This document shows, one piece after another, positions 30,861 through 40,782 of a DNA stretch of 64,000 nucleotides. The translations under genes were made by a program, and so were the position numbers. The notes beneath the pieces were generated by a model. The model was not told the origin of the DNA. It did no database searches and worked only from the letters and a program-made list of their open reading frames with translations. Positions within the stretch are counted from its first letter, which is position 1, and each line of letters opens with the position of its first letter. The DNA lies in NCBI GenBank assembly GCA_963771465.1, contig CAVYTU010000014.1, positions 352,001-416,000 on the forward strand. The letters are read 5' to 3'. The DNA is from an uncultured delta proteobacterium (lineage in GTDB: Bacteria; Desulfobacterota; Binatia; UBA9968).

Positions 30861-31796
30861 ATGCGCATGGTTCGCCTACGTGCCGCCTGTCTATTGCTGC
30901 TTAGTTTCATGATTCCAAACGCGCGCGCCGAAATGCCAGGAAAATGGCAAAGCCGCGCGCCGATGCCTTCCGCCCGCACCGAAGTTGCCGCGGTGGAAGT
31001 GGGCGGCAAAATCTTCGTGATCGGTGGCTATGATAAAAGCGGTCAACTCGTCGAGGAATACGATCCGACCAAAGACAATTGGCGTGCTCGGGCGGCGTTG
31101 CCCAAACCGCTGCATCACGTCGGCGCCGCCGTGGTCAATGGAAAAATTTATGTCATCGGCGGCTACATTTCCGGTGTCGGTCCGGTCGATACGGTTTACG
31201 AATACGATCTCAGTGCGGATCGCTGGACGGTGAAAAAAGTCATGCCGACACCAAGAGGCGCTCTGGCAAGCGGAGTGATCGGCGGAAAAATATTCGCCGT
31301 CGGCGGCGTCACGACCACCAGCAGAAACACCGCGGCCAACGAAGCTTTCGATCCCGCGAAAGATCTCTGGACCAAGCACGCTCCGATCATGACGCCACGC
31401 GATCATCACGCCGTCGGCGTCCTCAACGGAAAACTTTATGCCATCGCCGGCCGCATCAACGGCAATCACAACCGCAGCATCGGCGACAACGAGGAATACG
31501 ATCCTGCGAGCGACCGCTGGCGCGTCCGCTCGCCGATCCCCACCGTGCGCAGCGGCATCGTCGCGGCAACGCTGGCCGGAAAGATATTCGTCTTTGGCGG
31601 CGAGTACGGCCGCCGCACCCATGCCAACGTCGAGTCCTACGATCCGGCCAATAATAAATGGCAACGCTGGTCGCCCATGCCCACCGCCCGCCACGGCCTC
31701 GGCGCCGCCGTCATCGGCAACTCGATCTACGTCATCTCCGGCGGCCCGCAGCCAGGTGCGACGTTCTCATCGGTTAACGAAATGTTCACACCGTAA
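30861..31796 (+). CDS. Secreted Kelch-repeat beta-propeller protein
   Basis: Signal peptide then six repeats GKIYVIGG...EYDP..W...APMPT.R. Confidence 0.92.
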   Translation: MRMVRLRAACLLLLSFMIPNARAEMPGKWQSRAPMPSARTEVAAVEVGGKIFVIGGYDKSGQLVEEYDPTKDNWRARAALPKPLHHVGAAVVNGKIYVIGGYISGVGPVDTVYEYDLSADRWTVKKVMPTPRGALASGVIGGKIFAVGGVTTTSRNTAANEAFDPAKDLWTKHAPIMTPRDHHAVGVLNGKLYAIAGRINGNHNRSIGDNEEYDPASDRWRVRSPIPTVRSGIVAATLAGKIFVFGGEYGRRTHANVESYDPANNKWQRWSPMPTARHGLGAAVIGNSIYVISGGPQPGATFSSVNEMFTP

Positions 31797-31802
31797 AATA
31801 GT

Positions 31803-32822
31803 TCAGCCCTCATCCCTGTTACTCGAAGCGGCGAAAAAATCAGCGATTCGCTGCGGCACCCAATCAAGTGATCCCGGAAATGCTCCCGCAACGAAGCCCA
31901 CATGGCCGCCTGAATCAGGGAATTCCAATGTAACTGAAGCAGAAACTTCCGCGTCCGTCGGCAGCGCCGCCGCCGGAAATAAAGGATCGTTGCGGGCGTT
32001 GATCAACAGCGTCGGAATTTGAATTTGCTTGAGCCATGGCTTGCTGCTCGCTCTTGTCCAGTAGTCATCGGCATCTTTGAAACCGTGCATGGGCGCGGTG
32101 TAGAGGTCGTCGAACTGCCGGAAGGTCGAGCAATCGCGCATCGCTGCAGGATCGATGTCGAGGCCATGCTGAGAAATTTTAGCCAGCATTTTCTCCCTCA
32201 GCGAGCGGAGAAAGCGTCGGGTGTAGATCGCTCTGCAATGGCCGAAATCCAACACGCTCGCCGCGGCGGGCAAATCCACTGGCGCCGAAACTGCGACCGC
32301 GCGGTAAATGACCGCGTCCGCGCCGCTGCCGGCCTCGCCGAGCCATTTCAAGAACATGTTGCCGCCGAGTGAGACAGCGACCACGCAGATATCGCTTTTA
32401 GAAAACTCATTTTTCAGCCGGCGCAAAATCCAGTCGATCTCTGCTGAATCCCCGGAATGATAGGCCCGCGGCAGTCGATTCAATTCGCCGCCGCAACCGC
32501 GAAAGTGCGGCACCACGCCGCGCCAGCCTAGCTGCTGCGCCATGGACATCAAGCTCAACGCGTAATGGCTGCGCGAGCAGCCTTCGAGGCCGTGAAACAC
32601 AACGAGCAACTTGTTATCCGTGGCGGCCGCTTCCGTCCAATCCAGATCGATGAAATCGCCGTCCGGCGTCTCCCAGCGCGCGCGGCGGTAGTTCACCTGG
32701 TAATTTCTCGCCAGCGAGCGCGCGTAGATGGTTTGCAAATGTCCCCCCGGCAACCACCAGGGCGGCGCATAAGTAGAATTCACTAACAAGCCGACCTTGT
32801 GCTCACTGGTTTGGTTATTCAT
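31803..32822 (-). CDS. YheT-like alpha/beta hydrolase
   Basis: GGHLQTI, DGDFIDLDW, HGLEG, VSLGGN, INARNDP, GGHVGF. Confidence 0.9.
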   Translation of the reverse strand: MNNQTSEHKVGLLVNSTYAPPWWLPGGHLQTIYARSLARNYQVNYRRARWETPDGDFIDLDWTEAAATDNKLLVVFHGLEGCSRSHYALSLMSMAQQLGWRGVVPHFRGCGGELNRLPRAYHSGDSAEIDWILRRLKNEFSKSDICVVAVSLGGNMFLKWLGEAGSGADAVIYRAVAVSAPVDLPAAASVLDFGHCRAIYTRRFLRSLREKMLAKISQHGLDIDPAAMRDCSTFRQFDDLYTAPMHGFKDADDYWTRASSKPWLKQIQIPTLLINARNDPLFPAAALPTDAEVSASVTLEFPDSGGHVGFVAGAFPGSLDWVPQRIADFFAASSNRDEG

Positions 32823-32830
32823 CCGAGCGA

Positions 32831-32865
32831 TTGAACTTTTTGAACGAATTGAACGATTTGAACGG
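32831..32865 (+). repeat. 9-bp tandem repeat (TTGAACnnn)x4
   Basis: TTGAAC at 32831, 32840, 32849, 32858. Confidence 0.85.
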
Positions 32866-32866
32866 G

Positions 32867-35797
32867 CTACTTTTTTCCTCGCTCCGGCGGCGCAAAGCCG
32901 TGGCGCAGCGTGTTTTCGGAAATTGTCCGCGGTTCGAGAAACTGCAAGAGATAATCCGGGCCACCGGCTTTTGAGCCGATGCCGGAGAGTTTCAGCCCGC
33001 CGAAAGGTTGGCGCTCGACGACGGCGCCGGTGATGCCACGGTTGATGTAAAGATTGCCGACTCGAAATTCCTGGCGCGCTTGTTCGATATGCGCCGGCGA
33101 CCGCGAGAAGATGCCGCCGGTCAACGCGAACTGAGAATCGTTGGCGATCTGCAAAGCCTGATCAAAATCTTTCGCCTTGAGCACCGACAGCACTGGACCA
33201 AAGATTTCTTCCTGGGCAATGCGGCAGCGCGAAGCAACATCGCAAAAAATCGCCGGCCCGACGAAAAAGCCTTCTTTAGGCGCGGTCATTTCAAGCACGC
33301 ACTTAGCTTCCTGCTTGCCGAGCTGAATATATTCGCCGATACGTTTCTGCGCCTCGGCATCAATCACCGGGCCGATTGCGTTGCGGGGATCTTCGGGTGG
33401 ACCGATCTTGAGACTGCTGACAGCGTCGACCAGCCGGCTGAGAAAACGATCATGGACGTCACTGAGTAGTATGACGCGCGAAGCCGCCGAGCATTTCTGC
33501 CCCTGATAGCCAAAGGCGGAATCGATAATATGCGCCACCGCTTCGTCCAGATCGGCGTCGTTGTCGACGATGACCGCGTTCTTGCCGCCCATCTCACAGA
33601 CCACGCGTTTGACATGCGCTTGTCCGGGACGATGCACGTACGCTTCGCGCAGAATTTCCAAACCCACTTCGCGCGAGCCGGTAAATGCAATGAGATGAAT
33701 CTTGGGCGAGCGCGCCAGATGGCCGCCGATTTCGCCGCCGCCTTGGAGCAACCGACACGCGTCGTCAGGCAAGCCCGCTTCATGGAGAATTTCGCGAAGC
33801 TGCACGCCCAGCAGCGGCGACTGCTCTGCCGGCTTCATCAACACGCAGTTGCCGGTAACCAATGCCGCTGCAGTCATGCCGGTAAGAATCGCCAGGGGAA
33901 AATTCCACGGCGCGATGACCGCGGCAACGCCGCGCGGCTGGTAAAAATAGGTATTGGTTTCGCTCGGCAGTTGTTGCGTCTCGCGCGGCTCGGCCAAGCG
34001 CAACATCTCGTGGCCATAGTAGTCGAGATAGTCGATCGCTTCGCAAACATCGGCGTCCGCCTCGCGCCAACCTTTGCCGACTTCGAAAACCTCTCTTGCG
34101 GCGAGATCCCAGCGCCGCTCGCGCATAATCTCGGCTGCTTGATAGAGAATCTGAGCGCGCTCTTGTGCCGGCGTGTCGCGCCATTCTGGAAAAAAGCGCG
34201 CCGCTTTATCGATCGCCTTTTCAGCGTCTTCGATGGTCACCGTTCGCACCCGGCCAATAACCTCATTGGGATCGGCGGGATTCACCGATTCGATCCACGA
34301 GCCGCTGCCAGGCTTGCGCGGTTTTCTGAATTCGCGACGAACTTCTGCAAGCGATTCAGCGAAGCGCACACGATTTTCCGCGCGCGAGAAATCGATCGGC
34401 GCTTGGTTACAAAATTCTCGCCGTGATTCGGCATGAGCGACAGGCTGCGTCGCTGCCTTTGCCAGCGCCGGCGCTTTGATCAAACTCTCAACGTCTTTCT
34501 TCTCCGCATAGGTCTGGCGCAAGAACGACGTGTTCGACGTGTTCTCCATCAAGCGGCGGATGAGATAGGAAATGCCCGGCAGCAACTCGCCCGCCGGCAG
34601 ATAGACGCGCACGCGCTGGCCGTTTTGAATAATCGCCTGGCGCACCGGCTCGGCCATGCCGTAGAGCATTTGCATCTCATAGCCGTTGATCGGCACGCCG
34701 ATTTCTTTGGCGGCGACGATGGCGTGGGCTAGGCTGCGCAGATTGTGACTGCCAAACGCGGAGTCGATCACGTCGTGGCTTTCGAGCAACATCCGGCTCA
34801 GCCGCTCATAGCTGGCATCGGTTTCGGCTTTGTCCAAGAAAACCGGGATCGGCCAATTCTTCTGCTTGGCCCAGGCAATTTCACTGTCCCAATACGCGCC
34901 CTTGACCAAGCGCACACCGACACGCCGGGTATGACGGCGCGCCCACCGTATCAATTCTTTCACGTCATTCTCGCTAGCGCGCAAATAGGCTTGCAGCGCG
35001 ATCGCCGCATAAGGCTGCTCGCGAAACTCGTCTTCTGACAACACGGCGCGAAAAATCGCCAGCGTCAATTCGCGAAACGCGTACTGCTCCATGTCGACGG
35101 TGACCGCGGCTTGCAATCGAGCCGCTTCGCGAAACAGCTCGCGCAAGCGCTCGCGCACGATGATTTCCGTACTCGGATCGAGCGCATCGAAACGAGCGCA
35201 CAGCGACGATAACTTTACCGAAAGATTGACCCGGGGAATTTTGCCGTGGGATGAAACGTCGATCTGGGCGCAATCCGGCCATTTCGCACTGGCAGCTGCC
35301 AGGCGGCGCAGCAGATCGAGATAACGGCGCTGCATCGCCGCCGCTTCCGCATCGCTCACCGTCGCTTCGCCGACCACGTCGAGCGTAAATCCGGCCGGCT
35401 CTTTTCTGAGACTGGACAGAACCGCGGTCAAATGCTCGCCGCTTTCCTCGGCGATAAAACGGCGCGCCAGTTTAATCACGTTGCGCCGCACCACCGGCGC
35501 TACCAGCGTCCCCGCGTGCAGCGCTTGCGCCAGGATCGCCAACCCGCTCAGCGCATGATCGACGCGCGAGAAGTATTCTTCCAAATGGCGGCCGATCTCC
35601 GCCGATGACTCCAGGCTCGGCAACACGTCGACGAAACGGAACAGCGCGACGCGCAGCGACTCATCGTCCAACGACCAGTCGATCATCCGGCCGAGCAAGT
35701 CTTGGGCGTCAAATAGCGCCGGCTTTTGCCGCGCCGCCTTGTGATACAAAGCCCGCGCCAACCGTTGGACTTCTTGCTCGGAGGTTACATTCGCCAT
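32867..35797 (-). CDS. putA: Bifunctional proline dehydrogenase / P5C dehydrogenase
   Basis: LFRFVDVLP, VRLVKGAYWD, YLIRRLMEN, PWNFPLAI, EMGGKN, QGQKCSA, EEIFGP. Confidence 0.96.
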   Translation of the reverse strand: MANVTSEQEVQRLARALYHKAARQKPALFDAQDLLGRMIDWSLDDESLRVALFRFVDVLPSLESSAEIGRHLEEYFSRVDHALSGLAILAQALHAGTLVAPVVRRNVIKLARRFIAEESGEHLTAVLSSLRKEPAGFTLDVVGEATVSDAEAAAMQRRYLDLLRRLAAASAKWPDCAQIDVSSHGKIPRVNLSVKLSSLCARFDALDPSTEIIVRERLRELFREAARLQAAVTVDMEQYAFRELTLAIFRAVLSEDEFREQPYAAIALQAYLRASENDVKELIRWARRHTRRVGVRLVKGAYWDSEIAWAKQKNWPIPVFLDKAETDASYERLSRMLLESHDVIDSAFGSHNLRSLAHAIVAAKEIGVPINGYEMQMLYGMAEPVRQAIIQNGQRVRVYLPAGELLPGISYLIRRLMENTSNTSFLRQTYAEKKDVESLIKAPALAKAATQPVAHAESRREFCNQAPIDFSRAENRVRFAESLAEVRREFRKPRKPGSGSWIESVNPADPNEVIGRVRTVTIEDAEKAIDKAARFFPEWRDTPAQERAQILYQAAEIMRERRWDLAAREVFEVGKGWREADADVCEAIDYLDYYGHEMLRLAEPRETQQLPSETNTYFYQPRGVAAVIAPWNFPLAILTGMTAAALVTGNCVLMKPAEQSPLLGVQLREILHEAGLPDDACRLLQGGGEIGGHLARSPKIHLIAFTGSREVGLEILREAYVHRPGQAHVKRVVCEMGGKNAVIVDNDADLDEAVAHIIDSAFGYQGQKCSAASRVILLSDVHDRFLSRLVDAVSSLKIGPPEDPRNAIGPVIDAEAQKRIGEYIQLGKQEAKCVLEMTAPKEGFFVGPAIFCDVASRCRIAQEEIFGPVLSVLKAKDFDQALQIANDSQFALTGGIFSRSPAHIEQARQEFRVGNLYINRGITGAVVERQPFGGLKLSGIGSKAGGPDYLLQFLEPRTISENTLRHGFAPPERGKK

Positions 35798-36148
35798 CTA
35801 CTTCCCGTCCGGAACTTTAGCATAACGCCGCCGCACCGCGGCGGAAAAACCATTGTGAGCCGCGCGCGACCCTGGTACCTTCAACACTAGCTAGACCGGA
35901 TTATTCACACTACGAGGGAAACTCACAACACTGTGTCGATCGAGGTGCAACCCTGGAGGAGCGAAGGCAGCAGCGCAAATGTTTCATCGTATTCTCGGCG
36001 CTCGGCACGATGCTTGAACTTCTCGCAGGTAATCTCAGAGATAACTTGCTCCGCTTGCGTCTTCAAGGCAAAGACGCTTTGCCTTCGCTCCGGAAGGGTT
36101 GCGCCTCGATCGCAGTTGAACCGCGAATAATCCGGGCTAGGAAATTGC

Positions 36149-37840
36149 ATGAATCAAACCACCGATAAAATTACCGGCGCAGAAGCCGCAGTGGAAATGC
36201 TCAGGCTGCACGGCGTCGAAATTATTTTCGGCCTGTGCGGCGACACCAGTCTGCCGTTTTACGATGCGCTGGCGCGCTTGCCCCATGGCATGCGCCACAT
36301 ACTTGCGCGTGACGAACGCTCCGCGGCGTACATGGCGGACGGTTACGCGCGCGCGTCGGGCAAGGTCGGCGTCTGCGAAGGTCCGAGTGGCGGCGGCGTC
36401 ACCTACATCATTCCAGGCGTTGCCGAAGCCAACGAATCGTCGGTGCCGCTTCTCTGCATCAATTCCGATATCTCCGTCGCCGCGCGCGGGCGCTATACTT
36501 TGACTGAATTGAATGTCGGCGCGCTCATGAGCCCGCTGACGAAATGGCATAGCGTGCTCGATCGCAGCGAAGAGCTGCCGAATGCATTTCGCGCGGCATT
36601 CAGGCAAATCACCACCGGCCGTCCCGGCGCGGCCCATATTAGCTTGCCATTCGATGTGCAGAACGGCTCGGTTGCTCGATCGGATGTTTGGGGCGATCTG
36701 CAATACGCGCACTACCCAGCCGAACGAGCGTCGCCCGCCGCCGCTATCGTTGAGGGCGCCGCCCGTTTGCTACGGGAAGCGGCCAATCCGGTTTTCATCT
36801 GCGGCGGCGGCGTAGTGATTTCCGCGGCGCAGAAAGAATTGCTCGATATCGCCGAGCGGCTCTCGGCGCCGGTGGCGACGACCATCAGCGGCAAAGGGTC
36901 CATTGACGAACAACATCCCCTAGCCGTCGGCGTAGTCGGATCGAATGGCGGTACACTTGAAACACGCGCCATCGTCGACGAGGCCGACCTGATCGTTTTC
37001 GTCGGCTGCCGCGCCGGCTCGGTGACCACCGAACGTTGGCGCCATCCGCTAGCGGGTAAGTGCAAAATCATTCACATCGATGTCGACCCGAAAGTTCCCG
37101 GCACCAATTATCCGGCCGACGTGGCGCTGGTCGGCGACGCCAAGATCACCTTAAGCATGCTCAACGCAGCGCTTGCCGATGTGAAACGCTGCGTCAACGC
37201 GGCGCGAATTGAAACGGCGAAGGAACAGAAATTCGCAAAGTTCCAAGCGCTCGCCGAGTCCAACGAAACACCGATCAAACCCGAACGGGTCGTATCCGAA
37301 CTAAGCCGAGGGCTCGACGCCGACGCCATCGTGGTCGCGGACGCCGGCACCCCATGTCCGTATTTCTCCGCCTACTATCCGATACGCGGCAACGGCAGAA
37401 AATTTATTTCCAACCGCGCCCACGGCGCGCTTGGCTACTCAATGGCCGCCGCCATGGGCGCGCACTTCGCGCAACCGAATGTGAAATGCGTTGGGGTGAT
37501 GGGCGACGGCAGCTTCGGTTTTACCTGTGGCGAGCTCGAGACCGCGGCTCGTTACCGATTGCCGATCACTTTCCTAGTGATATCGAACGCGAGTTACGGT
37601 TGGATCAAAGCCGGCCAGCGCTCCGGCTACGGCCAGCGATACTTCGCGGTAGACTTCGCCGTCACCGACCACGCCGCCGTGGCCGCAGCATTCGGCGTCA
37701 AAAGCTGGCGCGTAACCGAACCGAATGAATTGGCTAAAGCACTGCAAGCAGCGCTTGGACACGGCGGACCGAGCCTCGTGGATATCGTCTGCCAGCCGCT
37801 GGAACAAGCCCAAGCGCCGGTTTCGGAATGGATCGCGTGA
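36149..37840 (+). CDS. Thiamine diphosphate-dependent enzyme (acetolactate synthase-like)
   Basis: RDERSAAYMADGYAR, GRPGAAHI, GDGSFG...SNASYGWI TPP motif. Confidence 0.9.
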   Translation: MNQTTDKITGAEAAVEMLRLHGVEIIFGLCGDTSLPFYDALARLPHGMRHILARDERSAAYMADGYARASGKVGVCEGPSGGGVTYIIPGVAEANESSVPLLCINSDISVAARGRYTLTELNVGALMSPLTKWHSVLDRSEELPNAFRAAFRQITTGRPGAAHISLPFDVQNGSVARSDVWGDLQYAHYPAERASPAAAIVEGAARLLREAANPVFICGGGVVISAAQKELLDIAERLSAPVATTISGKGSIDEQHPLAVGVVGSNGGTLETRAIVDEADLIVFVGCRAGSVTTERWRHPLAGKCKIIHIDVDPKVPGTNYPADVALVGDAKITLSMLNAALADVKRCVNAARIETAKEQKFAKFQALAESNETPIKPERVVSELSRGLDADAIVVADAGTPCPYFSAYYPIRGNGRKFISNRAHGALGYSMAAAMGAHFAQPNVKCVGVMGDGSFGFTCGELETAARYRLPITFLVISNASYGWIKAGQRSGYGQRYFAVDFAVTDHAAVAAAFGVKSWRVTEPNELAKALQAALGHGGPSLVDIVCQPLEQAQAPVSEWIA

Positions 37841-37926
37841 AAGCAGGCAATAGGCATTAGGCAACTGGCAATAGTTGATAATTTCTTTCTGACTATTGCC
37901 TAATGCCTGTTGCCTATTGCCTGCTT
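37841..37926. repeat. Inverted pair of 7-bp tandem repeats (AGGCAAT-like), possible bidirectional terminator
   Basis: Left arm aagcaggcaataggcattaggcaactggcaatagt (37841-37875), right arm actattgcctaatgcctgttgcctattgcctgctt (37892-37926), between convergent genes. Confidence 0.85.
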
Positions 37927-38393
37927 CAGTTTTTCAACCGCACTTTCGTGCCAAGATTCGCGCAGTCCTCGTCCGTCATCAGTCCAGCGGCGCGGATGCC
38001 GTGGGCGGCAAGTTCCTCATCGCGTTCCTGGGTGTCGCCGGTGACGCCAACGGCGCCGATCACATCGCCGTTATTATTGCGGATCAGCATGCCGCCGCCT
38101 TCGGGAAATATCTGATCGTCCGAGGCGCGGATTAAATACTGCATGAACAGCGGCCGCTCTTCGGTGCGCATGCGCACCAGCGATGAGGAACGGCCGAGAG
38201 CGAGCGCCGCATACGCTTTGCCGTAGGCCATCTCAAAGCGCATCATCGCCGAATCGTCTTCTTTCTGAAAAGCTTTCACCTTGGCGCCGGGCTCGACGAC
38301 GATGACGCTCATTGGCCGACAGGCTAGCTCACGGCCGCGGGTGAAAACCGCCGTTATGATGCAATTGGCTTGCTCCAGAGTGATCATGCTCAT
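37926..38393 (-). CDS. GlcG/HbpS family heme-binding protein
   Basis: ITLEQA, AYGKAYAA, GGGMLI, VIGAVGVTG, DEELAAHG. Confidence 0.85.
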   Translation of the reverse strand: MSMITLEQANCIITAVFTRGRELACRPMSVIVVEPGAKVKAFQKEDDSAMMRFEMAYGKAYAALALGRSSSLVRMRTEERPLFMQYLIRASDDQIFPEGGGMLIRNNNGDVIGAVGVTGDTQERDEELAAHGIRAAGLMTDEDCANLGTKVRLKN

Positions 38394-38492
38394 GATGCCT
38401 TCTCAGGCGCCAAGATTGTTGGCTCTCCGAGTCTATGGTGAAAGCTATTCTCCGTTCATCCTTCGAGAGCCCTGACAAAGAGTTGCGGTGAT

Positions 38493-39446
38493 CTACTTTT
38501 TCTCAGAAAAGTAAAAGACCTCCAGCAGTCGTTGGCGCATCGCCAACTCCCCTCCCGGTAGGGTCTCGAATTTTGTCGTTTCACCGGTTCTTTGCAATAT
38601 CGACCGGCCCTCGGCGTCCTGATGCATTGACAGCAGGATCTTTTCAAGGCGGGTAACCAACGTCGGCGCCAAATCCCTTCGGACGGAGACAACATGGCGT
38701 GGCAGGCTGTCCGTCTCCGCCAAGATGGTTAAGTCCGACTTTTTTCTCTCGTCAAGCGTGGCATGGTCGTCGTTACTAAAGGCTCCGGCGGCCACCTGTT
38801 TTGTTAACACCCAGTCGACCAGCTTGTCCTGTGAATAGGCAAAAATGTAACCGATTTCCCCCGCGGCAACGTTAGCTCCGACTTGGCTCTTTTGTGAAAG
38901 CTTGAATCCCCGCCTCGAAAGGAAGAACTTCGGGAGAAAATAGCCTGAAGTCGATCCGGGATCTTCAAAGGCGATGAGCTTTCCCCGCAGGTCTTCCAGG
39001 CGCTTTGTTTCGCCGTTTCTTGTCGTGAAAATCAGGGCGTGGTAGTCGGCCATGCCTCCCTTCCAACGTCTGAGGAGCAGTTTTCCGGCTCCATATACGC
39101 TGTTGATCAAATAGGTCGGATAGGGACTCTCCATGTAAAAGTCGGCCTTCCTCTCGGTAAGAAGGCGGGCGAGCCGAGCATCGGTCGGAGCCATCGCGAT
39201 CTTTCCCTCGATCGCCGACATAGAGGATAGCTTTGTTGCCACGTAGCGGACAAATTCGCGAAAATGTTCCTCGATCTCTTTCTGATTTTTTGCCGCGACG
39301 ATTCCTAAAGTGATCGTCTTTATTTCCACTCCGCCGCGCGTCTGTCCCATCGCTTGGGATCCCAGAAGGATGTCAAAAAGGAGAATCGCAATCGTAGAAA
39401 CGAAGGCGAGCCTGCGCGTCTGTTTAGTCACAAACATTAGCGTCAC
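38493..39446 (-). CDS. PhnD-like phosphate/phosphonate substrate-binding protein
   Basis: LEDLRGKLIAFEDPGSTSGYFLP, ILAETDSLP, RRDL; N-terminal signal or TM. Confidence 0.8.
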   Translation of the reverse strand: MTLMFVTKQTRRLAFVSTIAILLFDILLGSQAMGQTRGGVEIKTITLGIVAAKNQKEIEEHFREFVRYVATKLSSMSAIEGKIAMAPTDARLARLLTERKADFYMESPYPTYLINSVYGAGKLLLRRWKGGMADYHALIFTTRNGETKRLEDLRGKLIAFEDPGSTSGYFLPKFFLSRRGFKLSQKSQVGANVAAGEIGYIFAYSQDKLVDWVLTKQVAAGAFSNDDHATLDERKKSDLTILAETDSLPRHVVSVRRDLAPTLVTRLEKILLSMHQDAEGRSILQRTGETTKFETLPGGELAMRQRLLEVFYFSEKK

Positions 39447-39592
39447 AGCGAACCGCTCGTATGGCGAAGGTATTATATGAACGACGCGATCTTGGCAAGA
39501 AAAAACAGGGCAAGCGAGTTCGGAGATTTTTTAACAAACACTGATGACTCCGCGCCCTCGGCGCCTCTGCGGCGTAGGTTGTGACGATCGCC

Positions 39593-40447
39593 CTAGCGGA
39601 ACAGCACCACTGCCAACTCTGAGCGATACTTGTCGGTGAGCGGATGCTCTGAGCCGAGCACTTCGAAGATTTGCACCATCGCTTTGCGCGCGCCGTCGTC
39701 TTTGAACGTGCGGTCGGCTTTGACGATGGCGAGAAACTCGATTAGCGCCGCTTCGTAGTTTTCCACGGCGGCGAGCGACTGCGCCAAGTCAAAACGCGCT
39801 TCCAGATCAGACGGATTGGCGGCGATCTTTTCCCGCAGCGCCGCCTCGTTCTGCGCACCGCTAGACTGGAGATCAAGGCGCGCCAGCAAGCGGTCCGCTT
39901 CCTTACGTTCATCAGCGACGATTGAGATCTGATCGAGATAGTTCCGCGCCGCGTCGTTGTCACCCGCGCTCATCGCCAACCGGCTCAAACCGAGGAGCGC
40001 TTGGGCGTGATCCGGATCGCCCGCCAAGATCGCTTGATAAGCCGCCTTGGCGTCGTCGGCTTTTCCTTCCGCTTCAAGCTCGGCGGCCGCTTGAGCTGCC
40101 TTATCGGCCGCGCTTGGCAGGAACTTAGCGAGAAACTCGCGCAGCATCGGTTCCGGCAAGGCGCCGGTAAACTCCGACGCCAGGTCGCCGTCGCGAAACA
40201 GCTTTACCGCGGGAATACCCTGAATGCCAAAAGCCCCGGCGAGCTGCTGATTTTCATCGACGTTGACCTTGGCGAGAATAAATTGACCGCCGTACTCATC
40301 GGCCAATTTTTCCAGCACCGGCCCGAGCACTTTACACGGGCCGCACCACTCCGCCCAAAAATCCACCAGCACCGGCACTTCCATCGAACGCGCCAGCACC
40401 GCCGATTCAAAATTTTCCTCGTTAACGTCGATCATCCACTGATTCAT
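39593..40447 (-). CDS. ybbN: Thioredoxin-TPR chaperedoxin (YbbN/CnoX)
   Basis: [14 protein letters not shown] helices, [21 protein letters not shown]. Confidence 0.9.
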   Translation of the reverse strand: MNQWMIDVNEENFESAVLARSMEVPVLVDFWAEWCGPCKVLGPVLEKLADEYGGQFILAKVNVDENQQLAGAFGIQGIPAVKLFRDGDLASEFTGALPEPMLREFLAKFLPSAADKAAQAAAELEAEGKADDAKAAYQAILAGDPDHAQALLGLSRLAMSAGDNDAARNYLDQISIVADERKEADRLLARLDLQSSGAQNEAALREKIAANPSDLEARFDLAQSLAAVENYEAALIEFLAIVKADRTFKDDGARKAMVQIFEVLGSEHPLTDKYRSELAVVLFR

Positions 40448-40472
40448 ATGTCCGCCACCTGTCCGATATCGT

Positions 40473-40499
40473 TTGAACTATTTGAACGGCTGGAACGTT
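40473..40499 (+). repeat. 9-bp tandem repeat (TTGAACnnn)x3, same family as 32831
   Basis: TTGAAC 40473, TTGAAC 40482, TGGAAC 40491. Confidence 0.75.
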
Positions 40500-40509
40500 T
40501 GGGAGCCGA

Positions 40510-40755
40510 TTATTTGGCGATAATCGTCTTGGCGAGATTACGCACTTTCGCCGCCGCCGGCCGCATCGCGTATACCGTCGCTTCGGTGATCTCGTCCTCC
40601 GACGCGCCGCATTCACGGGCTTTTTTCAAATGCAGCATGGCGCCTTCTTCGTGGCCGATCGAGATACAGACCGCAAAGAAAATGAGCTGCGCCGTCTTCG
40701 GATCGAGCGAACCTTCTTTATACTTCACATTGAAAAATTCTTTATCGGTCGTCAT
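40510..40755 (-). CDS. CMD/AhpD-like small protein
   Basis: SLDPKTAQLI, HLKKARECGASEDEITEA; no CxxC. Confidence 0.8.
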   Translation of the reverse strand: MTTDKEFFNVKYKEGSLDPKTAQLIFFAVCISIGHEEGAMLHLKKARECGASEDEITEATVYAMRPAAAKVRNLAKTIIAK

Positions 40756-40782
40756 CGATACATCCCTCGGTTTCATAGTCGA

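Noticed and set aside
32831-32865. LexA boxes or CRISPR in the TTGAAC repeats
   Set aside because: Period is 9 bp with no spacers; matches neither GAAC-N4-GTTC nor GTTC-N7-GTTC; no cas genes
33530-34426. Long antisense or overlapping ORFs (e.g. 33530..34426, 27144..27917, 30891..31694, 40001..40876, 45420..46226, 53540..54322)
   Set aside because: Shadow frames of well-supported genes in GC-rich DNA, with no motifs
35923-36150. 75-aa and 65-aa ORFs between putA and the TPP enzyme
   Set aside because: No recognisable motif or convincing RBS; likely divergent promoter region or gene remnant
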